A stretch of DNA of 63,267 nucleotides, the filler included, from Octopus bimaculoides (Eukaryota): NCBI RefSeq assembly GCF_001194135.2. It is 5 parts of 5 records of this genome, joined end to end, with 100 filler letters (N's around TTAATTAATTAA, not from the genome) between each part and the next. Parts side by side here need not be neighbours in the genome. Positions count along the whole stretch, not along the records: positions 1 to 28,898 come from NC_068992.1; positions 28,999 to 49,778 come from NC_069006.1; 3 more parts are not named here. One strand, given 5' to 3'. Under the pieces are notes generated by a model. It was not told where the DNA came from and did no database searches. It saw nothing but the letters and a program-made list of their open reading frames with translations. Positions 25,804 through 37,679 of this stretch are shown piece after piece (position 1 is the stretch's first letter; each line of letters starts with the position of its first letter). Made by a program: the position numbers and the translations under genes.

Positions 25804-27933
25804 TATGTATTACATCTTTTACATAAGTATTTTCGCTTTGTGCATATATTTGTGAGTATGCATATTTTCTTCAATAAATAATGGCATTGAAGGTTTTAGG
25901 CTCGAAAATTAACAATACTCAGATACTCAACGAACGATTGAGAAAATTATTTGATTGAGAAAATTATTGAAAAAATTATTTCACCGAAAGACGAAACTGA
26001 AGAGCAAAATTATGCAAGAAAATCCAAGACATTTCCCAGAATCTCATTACAGACAGGCTCAGGAAATCTAAGCCATCTTCGTTTATTACGGGTATTTGGT
26101 TAAAGAAAAATCGACTAGACCCTCCTCCAAACACTTTCAGAATTTGTGCCTATAGTTGAAGGAATCATCATCATCGACTTTGCCTTTCATCCTTTCCGTA
26201 CCGATGGAATAAGAACCAGTTGATCACTGCGGTCGACATAATCAATTTATCTCCTCCCCACGAAATTGCTGACCATTCTCCAAAATTTGAAATGAACATC
26301 ATTATTATCAGTTTCCATTAAGACTTTAGAAAGATCATTAGAATTTATCATCTCCTCTCCACAACATCATCAAAAACAACACTATCACCGTTATCATCAT
26401 CATCATCACAACATCATCATCATTATCATCACTATCAACAACATCATCATCATCATAATAGCCATAATCAACATCGACAACATTATCATTAACATAGTGC
26501 ACCCATACAAGTCCTATGTTTTACTTATATCCTTTTATAATCTTTTGACGATGATTTACCTTTTCATATAATTTGGTTCCATATTTGATGTATTGAAAAG
26601 GAAACGCTTCTTTGAATTGCAACGATAGTGGTTCTACGGATCTATTGTGCTGTTTATATGGAACCCCGAAGGCAATTTCACACACATCTCTGTAAAACAG
26701 GATTCGCTTTCTTATATGTTATGTACTACATTTTTTTTTTTTTTTTTTTGGTCTCCAACAGGATTTTATTATTCGGCTCCTAATAGTTGTCTGCCTGATG
26801 GAAGAAATCATGAATGTCCATATCCACCCCCATATCCCGCTCCCAGGTCATAGATTAAGGCAACTATTACCATCGGTTTGATATTCCTGCAGGGCATTTG
26901 TATTTTATCTGTGATAAATCAGTCAGGCATACGTATTCTAAAGAATACGCTTCTATCGTTTGACTATACAAACATGCATACTAACACAAGCATATTCACG
27001 AGCAGAAATATATGTACGCCCAGGGGCATGCGAGCACCTAGAGATTATCTATACGTGTATTAACACACGCACGTACATACAATACAACAATGTGTGTGTG
27101 TGGGTGTGAATGTGTGTCTACGTATGTATGCGTATATATATATGTGTGTGTGTCTGTGTGTGTATGTATATATATATACATACATAAATATATGAACTCA
27201 TATATATTTGTATATTTATATAAATTTGTATGTATGTGTATACATATATATATATATATATANNNNNNNNNNNNNNNNNNNNNNNNNNNNNNNNNNNNNN
27301 NNNNNNNNNNNNNNNNNNNNNNNNNNNNNNNNNNNNNNNNNNNNNNNNNNNNNNNNNNNNNNNNNNNNNNNNNNNNNNNNNNNNNNNNNNNNNNNNNNNN
27401 NNNNNNNNNNNNNNNNNNNNNNNNNNNNNNNNNNNNNNNNNNNNNNNNNNNNNNNNNNNNNNNNNNNNNNNNNNNNNNNNNNNNNNNNNNNNNNNNNNNN
27501 NNNNNNNNNNNNNNNNNNNNNNNNNNNNNNNNNNNNNNNNNNNNNNNNNNNNNNNNNNNNNNNNNNNNNNNNNNNNNNNNNNNNNNNNNNNNNNNNNNNN
27601 NNNNNNNNNNNNNNNNNNNNNNNNNNNNNNNNNNNNNNNNNNNNNNNNNNNNNNNNNNNNNNNNNNNNNNNNNNNNNNNNNNNNNNNNNNNNNNNNNNNN
27701 NNNNNNNNNNNNNNNNNNNNNNNNNNNNNNNNNNNNNNNNNNNNNNNNNNNNNNNNNNNNNNNNNNNNNNNNNNNNNNNNNNNNNNNNNNNNNNNNNNNN
27801 NNNNNNNNNNNNNNNNNNNNNNNNNNNNNNNNNNNNNNNNNNNNNNNNNNNNNNNNNNNNNNNNNNNNNNNNNNNNNNNNNNNNNNNNNNNNNNNNNNNN
27901 TGTATGTATGTAAATATATATATATAAATATAC

Positions 27934-27999
<66 letters not shown>

Positions 28000-28381
28000 A
28001 TAAAAGGGCCAGAGATTTATTTTTTTAATGGGAAACAGAGTGACAGAGATGCGCAATCATCACCGTTCTTGGTTTTAGAGAAACAGCCTAAAATCAGATC
28101 TATAATTATAGAACTATTATAATATCAGATATTATGCACCATCCATGCATGCGTGTCTTCAGATATCATCTCCTTATTAGCAAATATTTCGGTATATGTG
28201 CGCAGGAGAGTATTTATGCGTATAAAAATTAAAGGAGAGATGAGAGAAAGAGAGTAAGATTTATGTTGGAGTGTGTGCGTTTGTGTGCTAGGATTATGCA
28301 TTTCTGAATGTTTGTATGATAATGTTTCATAAAAGAAATGAGTCCAACAAAAACTGTTTTCTTTCGTTTGTGCGTTCTCAA

Positions 28382-28570
28382 CTATTCAACATTCTGCCAA
28401 ACAATCACAGAGATACGCGAGGAGTAGATGTGGATGTCTTCAACGAGCATCTGGACGGATTTTTCGTCTGAGATACCAGATGAACTCACATCGCGCAACA
28501 GAAGGCAAAAGAAGAGTTGCACCGACCAACCCGTTACATAATCAGAAACTATACAGAAAAGAAACCCAAA
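28382..28570 (+). mobile_element. CR1/L2-group LINE ORF2 C-terminal remnant
   Basis: LFNILPNNHRDTRGVDVDVFNEHLDGF /frameshift/ SEIPDELTSR resembles the LFNxLPxxxR...FKxxLDxxLxxIPDxP C-terminal pattern. Confidence 0.6.
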
Positions 28571-28831
28571 CACTCTGAAAGGTGATGGCCCAACATGACC
28601 TTAGCCTCTGGCTGAAATCAGTAAAACATAAAAGATACGTTCATGTATGTATATATATATATGCATAATTTAAAACATTTTGTTTCGGTTCTGTGAGGCT
28701 TTAAGTTTCGCAGGCCCCTAACGGGAGCCCAACGCCTTCAGGCAATTCAAAGCCTGAAACACGCGGACTCCCATTAGGGGGCCTACAAGCCTTAAAGTGG
28801 CACAGAACACCGGATCAGCGTACTTGAAAGA

Positions 28832-28898
<67 letters not shown>

Positions 28899-28998
28899 NN
28901 NNNNNNNNNNNNNNNNNNNNNNNNNNNNNNNNNNNNNNNNNNTTAATTAATTAANNNNNNNNNNNNNNNNNNNNNNNNNNNNNNNNNNNNNNNNNNNN
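28899..28998. other. Assembly placeholder: 44 N + TTAATTAATTAA + 44 N (also at linker positions 49823, 58411, 60840)
   Basis: The same 100-nt structure occurs four times; the linker has stops in all six frames. Confidence 0.95.
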
Positions 28999-29519
28999 TA
29001 TATATATATATATGAATATATATATATATATTTCTAACAAAACTGTCCGATGAACGGGAACGTGAAATTCAGAGTAACGGCTTTTTTGTTATACATACAT
29101 GCATAATACATACACACATACATGCATACATACATACATATATATATATATATATTTAAATAGAGGTTGAAATAACCACCTTAAGGGATACAAAAAATAT
29201 CCATTGAATTACTGGTTCATTGCCTATTATTTTCTTGTGAATAGTAATATTCCTAAAATAATAGGTTTAAGTATGTCTTAGTTTATAAGTATTCAAATTA
29301 AAATTCAGGAAATGGAAATGTGGCATTAATTTAATTTATTATCTGCAAAAATTCAACATGTTCACTTACAGCTGTTTCGATTTTGCCCAAAGAATTAAAT
29401 TCCAGTAATTAAAGCCAATATAATGGTTTTATATTGAATAATGCGGGTGATCACCTCATCAGTCTTTCATATACTCATACACACTCATGCATATATCTAT
29501 ATATACAGATATGGTGAAT

Positions 29520-29969
29520 ACACACACACACACACACGCACACACACACACACACACGCATACATACATACATGCATACATACATACATACGTGCATACA
29601 TACATACATACATACATGCATGCATACATACATACATGCATGCATACATACATGCATACATACATGCATACATACATACATACATGCATGCATGCAAACA
29701 TACATACATACATACATACACACATACATGCATGCATACATACATACATACATACATACATACATACATGCATACATACATACATACATACATACATACA
29801 TACATACATGCATGCATACATACATACATGCATGCATACATACATGCATACATACATGCATACATACATACATACATGCATGCATGCAAACATACATACA
29901 TACATACATACACACATACATGCATGCATGCATACATACATACATACATACATACATACATACATGCAA

Positions 29970-30002
<33 letters not shown>

Positions 30003-30010
30003 CATACATG
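29520..30010. repeat. (CATA)n/(CATG) compound repeat with 192-bp internal duplication
   Basis: The diagnostic GCAAACA interruption recurs 192 nt apart (29696 and 29888). Confidence 0.92.
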
Positions 30011-30734
30011 CATAATACACACTAACGCATGCTTTCCCAAATACAATTGCACTTCATTTTTTAAGCTCCGACGAAGCTATTAGGTGATACATAAAAACTC
30101 AATTTTGAGCACATTGCATCTTGTAGCAGAAACATCTAAAAGCTAATGAAGTTTATTACATAAACCGTTGTTCCCTTTTCATTACGCTCCGTGGGTGACT
30201 GACGCTCTTTTTTGAAATGAGGTTATTAGGGTCGTTATTTCTAAGCGAATGTACCATGAAACATAACTCTTCACAATCTTTCGAAGAGTTACCTCCCCTG
30301 AAAGAAAAAATTGTTTTTCTTTGTTGGATTTAAAGAAAATTGGCCAAAATATATGACAACATATAATTATGATCCTGAATGTTCTAGATGCAAATCCGTT
30401 GACGTCACCTTTACCTTTTATTCAACACGTCAATGAAGTAGCCCCGGTAAAATTACTGGTACTCATTGATTTACGTAACTATACATCTTTGCCAAAAATG
30501 GATAGTGTTGAGACTCTATTAGCACATCTTCCTTTTGGTAATGAAAGCAAATCTGCCTGCTCCCATCACTTCGAATCAGCAATGTCCTATATTCTTCAAA
30601 AGTTGCAATCAACAGAACTTACTGTATTTATTTCCCCTTTTTATGCTTTTATATTTTTAACACCACAAGAGGAAGTTTTTGTCAGCTAATTGTTGAAATG
30701 TTCTCAGGTGATGGAAGTTTCTCAACTCCCCACT

Positions 30735-30915
30735 CATCTCATCATCCTTTGACGTCCGTTTTTCCATGCTGGCATAGGTTGGACGGCTCAACATAACATT
30801 CACCATGCACTAATGAGGCAGAACCCTGCACCAGGCTCCAATGTCGGCTTTGGAGTGGTTTCTACAGTTGGACACATTTCCTAATGCCAACCACTTCACA
30901 GACTACATGGCACCG
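30735..30915 (-). mobile_element. SINE family G 3' part
   Basis: CATC...GTCCGTTTTTCCATGCTGGCATAGGTTGGACGG...; homologous to 42020-42310. Confidence 0.75.
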
Positions 30916-31423
30916 ACATTAGTGAGGTCACCAAGTAATGTAAAAGACAAGAACCCTTACCTGATGGGGAGTCGTATGACTGGGGTCAATGTAATCGACT
31001 CAACTACACCTGGGTATGAGTATAAGATTACATCCATCTGCCAGTGTGGCAGAGTAGGCTCGTCAAACCAGCATGACCTCAAGCTTAAATTCACAGCCCC
31101 TACATCAGATCACAGTTGGTGGAAAGAGCATGCCGAGTCCTTCGTCCTTTAGTGAATTGAATATAGACAATTCAATCGAATCCAAGAGTGTAACAAATTG
31201 CATGTTTGTATATGTGTATCAAATTGTGTGTAATAATTGGGATGTAATAAACACAGACAAATTCACATTTGGAACTTGAGAAAAGTCTTGCATATTTTTA
31301 CTGTCCCACTCACAGATTGGACTTGTAATGTATGAATTAACCGGTCGATTTCTCTATCCGAAAATCTCAGTTTATCCAGATTCTCTTTTAAGCATTTACT
31401 AACAAAACCTTGTGCTCCAATTA

Positions 31424-31640
31424 TTCTTTTCTACTCCAGGCACAAGCCCGAAATTTTGGGGAGGGGGCCAGTCGATTAGATCGACTCCAATACACAACTG
31501 GTGCTTAATTTATTGGCCCCCAAAAGGATAAAAGGCGAAGTCGACCTCGGCAGAATTTGAACTTAGAACATGAAAACAGACGAAATAGCGCCAAGCATTT
31601 CGCCCGGCGTGCTAACGATTCTGCCAGCTCATTACCTTCA
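31424..31640 (-). mobile_element. SINE family F
   Basis: Reverse-complement match to the F consensus. Confidence 0.88.
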
Positions 31641-31644
31641 GTAA

Positions 31645-32045
31645 TTATAATGCTCCAATTATTATTGGTAGGAATATGAATTCATTGTCTGGATATAGAA
31701 GCTGGAGGTCTATAGATACCCTCATTTTCTTTGATTTATATCTGCAGGGCAGCTAACCTTTGCCCCTCTGTCCCAAACAACAATATCTGGCCTGTTATGC
31801 TTACATTCGACAAACGTTTTGAATATTCCACCAGTACTCCTTGAGTTGGTGTTTATGAACGTATTCCATAACAAAGGGATATTCTAAGTTTATTTCAGGA
31901 CAGTCTTTTTTGCGGATGGAATTGTAAATTGTTCTAACAACAACATTGTGCTGCATAGGGAGGTAGTACCACGACGACATTTTAGGACAGCTGCTAATCA
32001 CATGTGTAATATCTTTCACAAAAACATCACATAGCCTATACCTGT
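31645..32045 (-). mobile_element. Non-LTR retrotransposon remnant with restriction-enzyme-like endonuclease (R2/R4/Dong/NeSL group)
   Basis: RLCDVFVKDITHVISSCPKMSSWYYLPMQHN (zinc-knuckle region), frameshifted CKHNRPDIVVWDR (PD motif), VSCPAD, and LQLLYPDNEFIFLPIIIGAL. Confidence 0.78.
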
Positions 32046-32472
32046 ATGTATGTATGTATGTATGTATGAATGAGAGTGTGTATGTATATATATATACATA
32101 TATATATTTACACACACCATCTGAGAAAGATGGAGACCGGAGAAGCTAAGGTAACTGTCAAACATATTTTTATCAGAAATAAATATATTCTACATCTATG
32201 AGTATATACACCTCTATGTGTGGATGAGTGTGTTTGCGTATATGTTCTTATGCCCATATATATGGAGAGTGAGTGTCCTGTCAATGCTGTGTTTCTCAAT
32301 AAACACATATTAAACACATTTTTATATACAAAAAATATATTCATAGATACACACACATACGCATACACACGCACACACATTTACATGCACACACAAGAAT
32401 AAATACATACAGTCACTCACGCACACACACACATATATATACACACATGCATGCTCACACACACACACACGC

Positions 32473-32509
<37 letters not shown>

Positions 32510-33102
32510 TACACATACATACACACACATATATCCACACGCATATACACAAACATACAGATACACACACACACATATTCAGACACATGGATATGCCAAA
32601 CAATCATATAAAAATAGGAGTATGTGTGTGTATACATATATATGCATGTGTATGTATATATATATACAAGTGTTTTTATGTATATATGTATGTGTACGTA
32701 TGTATGTATATACATATATTTGTGTAACTACTCACCATGTCACAGTTAATACTGTAATCGTATATTCCCATCGATTCTTCATTGTCTTGGCTCGTGAGAG
32801 ACATTTTGATGTCTGAACTGTAAATGTACACCTTGACACACACACACACACAGTGAAAGATAACGAGATCACTTCTACATTGTTGTTAACTTTTCCTGAG
32901 ATAGCAGCCAAATCTTCTTTAAATGTCGTTCTCTTATGTCTCATATATGTATGTATCTGTGTGTGTATGTGTGTATATATACATAGACACATACATATAT
33001 ATGTGTGTGTGTGTGTGTGTATATATACATACATATATGTACATGCATATATGTATGTTTATATACACACACGCATACTACATATATGTATGTATGTGTA
33101 TG

Positions 33103-33135
<33 letters not shown>

Positions 33136-33248
33136 CTAGACAATGTAGGTGTAGATATTTTTGATCAGGCAGAGTCGTCACTAATGGAATGTCTTTGATG
33201 AGAGCTGACTTGGCAACATTCACATACACACACACACAGTATATACTC

Positions 33249-33340
<92 letters not shown>

Positions 33341-33560
33341 AAATGCAAAGGCTGGCATAAACACACACACAACATATATGGATATACATTAACACACACA
33401 CACGTGTATATACTCACACACACGCACACATGTAGTCATACACACATTATCTACAGTATACAAGAACACACTATATACACATAGATATATGCAGGCACAC
33501 ACATATACTGACATAAACACACACATTAATCTACAGTACACACATACACACTCAGAGAGA
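32040..33560. repeat. Low-complexity TA/CA/TG-rich region
   Basis: Direct reading; includes a long pure (TA)n at about 33250-33330. Confidence 0.9.
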
Positions 33561-34102
33561 CAAAAGTCAACATCGTCAGAGAATCTTATCAAATCCATTG
33601 GTATCAAAGTTTAACAGGAGAAACTGGGGGAGGAGAAGCAAAACTGCTGTTGTTTAATTATAGAAACAAGCCTCATCAAATATGTTTATGATTAAAGCCA
33701 ATCCAGTTGTGACCATCCTATATTTTTCCTAGAAACCAATGTGTAGTTTTTTATGACTTGAGGGAGATTTGACTGCTGCACTCAGCAGATTAAACAGCCA
33801 CATGGCTCATGGTAGCGATGATGGTGGTGGTGGTGGTGGTGGTGGTAGCAGGGATGTTGACATTGTAGTATTGATAAAGTTGAGGATGGTCAGATGGTAT
33901 TGGTGGTGGCAGTGGTGATGGTGGTGGCAGTGGTGATAATGGTGGTGATGATGATGATGATGCTGAACATCATCATCATCATCATTTATTTAACCATGCA
34001 ACATTTGGACTCTTGTCACATTGATAAATATTTAATGTAGCCATCTCTCTCTCTCTCTCCCCATATATATATATATATATATACATTTATGTATATACAT
34101 AT

Positions 34103-34185
<83 letters not shown>

Positions 34186-34368
34186 AATTATATATTTCAT
34201 TGTAAATTTCTCAGTATTTTCTATATTCTTCTTTGTGTGAGATTATTTAAAATAGTTCACCTCTGTATATAGTTTATCTGTTTGTACAGTTTACCTGTAA
34301 AATGCCATCATCATAACATATATATGTGTCATGCCTGTGATCTGTACATATATACGTGTGTATGTATG

Positions 34369-34403
<35 letters not shown>

Positions 34404-34414
34404 ATGTGTGTATA

Positions 34415-34630
34415 CACTAGTTGTCAAGCAGTAGTATAGGGACAAAGACACACATAGATATATACATGCATATGATGGGCTTCGTTCGGTTTCCGTCCAC
34501 CAGATTCACTCACAAGGCTTTGGCTGGCCTGAGGCTATAGTAGAAGACACTTGCCTAAGGTATCACACAGTGGGACTGAACCCAGAACCATGTGGTTAGG
34601 AAGTAAACTTCTTACCTCACATCCACGCCT
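34415..34630 (-). mobile_element. SINE family A-C (5' part)
   Basis: Reverse complement of the A head and core. Confidence 0.85.
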
Positions 34631-34672
34631 GCGATGTGTACATATATATATATAAGTGTATGAGTGTGTGTG

Positions 34673-34718
<46 letters not shown>

Positions 34719-35010
34719 AGAAAAGGGAGAAAGTGACAAGCAGTCATCAGTTTATTCAAAGATATTAGAATCCATGTAATGAAATTCTTGTCCTACACCA
34801 ATTTCCATATCCAATTAGTTCAATTACAGAAATTAAAATAAATAAATTTAATTTAAATTTTCATAATGAAACTGGTAAATTAGGAATTTCATCAGGTGAG
34901 AATTTTCCCAAAAGTGAGTTACATTTCAATGTGTTGGTCGACTCACAACAGACTCAGATATGTGCATTTTTTTAATGTGTGAGTTGTATAAAAAAAAAAC
35001 CTTTATTTCC

Positions 35011-35054
<44 letters not shown>

Positions 35055-35109
35055 TGGCTCATTAGAAGTAGTTGACAGCTCTTGTTAGTGAGATGTAATT
35101 AGAAAGTGA

Positions 35110-35370
35110 AATGGTTGTTCTGAAATTATAGCAGAGAGAGCGAAAACTAGCAGCAAAAAGTTCAGGGAGCTACTATCTCTGTTGGCAGGAAAGGCCTTTA
35201 CCCATAGAGTGTTGAGCAGATTGTACAATGCTATGCTTGTATTGGAACTGCAATGCTACATGGTAGAGAGAAATGGGCCTGGAATACTGAGGGCTTGAGA
35301 AGACTGGGTAGAGATGAAGTGAACATACTCCTTTGGGTGTGCAATGTGTGTATGAAAGAATCAGTTTAAA
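35110..35370 (+). mobile_element. RTE-clade LINE fragment
   Basis: KKFRELLSLLAGKAFTHRV...RLYNA...TAMLHGREKWAWNTEGLRRLGRDEVNILLWVCNV matches the post-RT region of RTE ORF2. Confidence 0.7.
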
Positions 35371-35543
35371 GGTGGCACCTAATTGTTTACGACAAGGGTT
35401 CCATTTGTCCCAATCAACAAAACACCCAGCTCGTGAAAGTAAAATGTAATTGGCTGAGTACTCCACAGACAAGCATAACCTTAATGGGTCTTCACCCCCA
35501 CCTCACTAAAATTGACTCAGATTGAGCTGTGTATGTGTGTGTG

Positions 35544-35878
35544 AAGGTGCATGACTCAGTGGTTAGAGTGTTGGGCTTACAATCATGAGGTTGTGAGTTC
35601 AATTCCTGGACCGGACTCTGTGTTGTGTTCTTGAGCAAGACACTTTATTTCATGTTGCTCCAGTTCACTCAGCTGTAGAAATGAGTTGCGACATCATTGG
35701 TGCCAAGATGTATCGGCCCCTTTGCCTTTCCCTTGGATAACATTGGTGGCACAGAGAGGGGAGACTGGCATGCATGGGTGACTGTTGATCTTCCATAAAC
35801 AACCTTGCTCAGACTTCTGCCTTGGCGAAAAACTTTCTACATGCAATCCGATGGTCGTTCATGACCAAAAGGGATCTT
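35544..35878 (+). mobile_element. SINE family E
   Basis: Full-length match to the 10927 copy; CpG-depleted. Confidence 0.88.
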
Positions 35879-36439
35879 AACCCAAATGCACAACAGGGCC
35901 TTTTGCCCAATTTCCTTCCTCCTCAAAACACCCACCACCACCCATCACCTCCCTAACAGCAGTCCTTCTTTGGTACCATTCATTTTGCTTACAATGCAGA
36001 ACATTTTACTTGTGATCAATCTTTCATCCATTCATATTGTTCTCTCTGCCCAACCCCACTGAGTGACCAAATTCTTTCCTCCACCTCATCCCCCACTGCC
36101 CACCTCACCCTCCTCTTACACTACACTTGCCTTTCTCTCTCTCTTTCTTTCCCATCCATTCCAACAACTGCCCCAACACCATACCATCTCTGTCTTCTCC
36201 ATCTCCTCATTACTATTCTGGCCCCTGCACTCACTCCAGGTTCTTCTATCCCACCCATTCCTACCCGCTTCGTACCTCGAAAATTCCCCGATACCTCGTT
36301 ACCACAGTTTTTACAACCCTCCCACCTGATCACCCAACCATCTTCTCTTCTAAAATGTGAGTAACCATGTGAGCCCTCTACGAGAAACCTGTTTTGCTCT
36401 AACCCTTTTCTCTCACATTTTACCCCTTTTCACTCAACT

Positions 36440-37160
36440 CCTGGCATAAATTTGCCGGGTTTATAGTCATGCAAGCCACATGGCAACCTCATCAGTGCCA
36501 GTGGCATGAGAAAAGCACCCAGAACATTCTATAAAGGGCATCCAGTACTGGGTACATTAGGAAGGTACCCAGTACATTAGGAAGGGCATCCAGTACTGGG
36601 TACATTAGAAAAGCACCCAGAACATTCTATAAAGGACATCCATTACTGGGTACATTAGGAAGGTACCCAGTACATTAGGAAGGGCATCCAGTACTGGGTA
36701 CATTAGAAAAGCACCCAGAACATTCTATAAAGGACATCCATTNNNNNNNNNNNNNNNNNNNNNNNNNNNNNNNNNNNNNNNNNNNNNNNNNNNNNNNNNN
36801 NNNNNNNNGTACTGGGTACATTAGGAAGGTACCCAGTACATTAGGAAGGGCATCCAGTACTGGGTACATTAGAAAAGCACCCAGAACATTCTATAAAGGA
36901 CATCCATTACTGGGTACATTAGGAAGGGCATCTAGTACTGGGTGCATTAGGAAGGGCATCCAGTACTGGGTACATTAGGAAGGTACCCAGAACACTCTAT
37001 AAAGGGCATCCATTACTGGGTACATTAGGAAGGTACCCAGTGCATTAGGAAGGGCATCCAGCTATAGAAAACATGTCAAAGCATGATCCATTCCTTAGAC
37101 CCCTTGAATCCTGTCAGACCATTCAAGCCATGACAGCATAAAACATGGATGTCGAGTGAT
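36440..37160 (+). mobile_element. SINE family G carrying an internal satellite expansion
   Basis: G sequence (GGCAACCTCATCAGTGCCAGTGGCATGAGAAAAGCACCC) runs into the array and resumes after it (AGGAAGGGCATCCAGCTATAGAAAAC...GATGCTGATG). Confidence 0.72.
36511..37062. repeat. 98-bp higher-order minisatellite built from 20-30-bp subunits
   Basis: Units start at 36511, 36609 and 36707; internal gap at 36743-36808. Confidence 0.9.
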
Positions 37161-37530
37161 GCTGATGAGGAGGAGGTGTGTGATTGTTTGTGTGTTTGTG
37201 TCAGTTTCTCTTGATATTGCATGATGGTTGTAAATAAGTGTTGGTGACTTTCATTTCCAAAAATCTACAAAAGCATATCTGGCCAGAAGAAGCAAGAGTC
37301 AGCTGGGTGACATAAAAAGGATGTCCGGCCATATAAAATCTGCCTCGATATATTCCTTCCAACCCATGCAAGCATGGAAAAGTGGATGGGAAAACAATGA
37401 CAATAGTGATGATGATGAAGGCCCCTTTCTTTCAGAAACATCAAACAACAGAGGAGAAAATAAATAAAAAATAAAGACAAACGACAAGTTTATAAAATAT
37501 ACAACAACGAAAGCAAAAAAGAAAAGGTGT

Positions 37531-37536
37531 TTTATT
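37531..37536 (-). terminator. Probable NAA38 polyadenylation signal AATAAA
   Basis: AATAAA 31 nt after the stop, followed on the minus strand by a U/GU-rich tract (ccttttcttttttgctttcgttgttgt). Confidence 0.6.
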
Positions 37537-37566
37537 AATAAATATTATTATTGGAAGGTGTAGGGA

Positions 37567-37679
37567 TCACATGACTTCAGGGGTAAGGGCTTTGCAATCA
37601 TCAACATGTAAGCTAACAATATGGTGACCGGGAACCATAGCAAGGCCAAGGATCCGGGGCTCTTCTGGCTCTTCAGCAT
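37567..37679 (-). CDS. NAA38: NAA38 last coding exon (EPRILGLAMVPGHHIVSLHVD...M*)
   Basis: ctttttcttttaatttatcAG acceptor, 113 nt, Sm2 motif GLAMVPGHHIVS, TGA stop at 37567-37569. Not visible in the ORF track because it has no upstream ATG in frame. Confidence 0.96.

Noticed and set aside
29441-30083. Six long ORFs (147-198 aa) of HTYI/CMYV type
   Set aside because: Translations of a CATA/CATG microsatellite, open in many frames because the repeat lacks stops.
30369-31152. 106-aa and 103-aa ORFs
   Set aside because: They overlap SINE-derived sequence and show no recognisable family motif.
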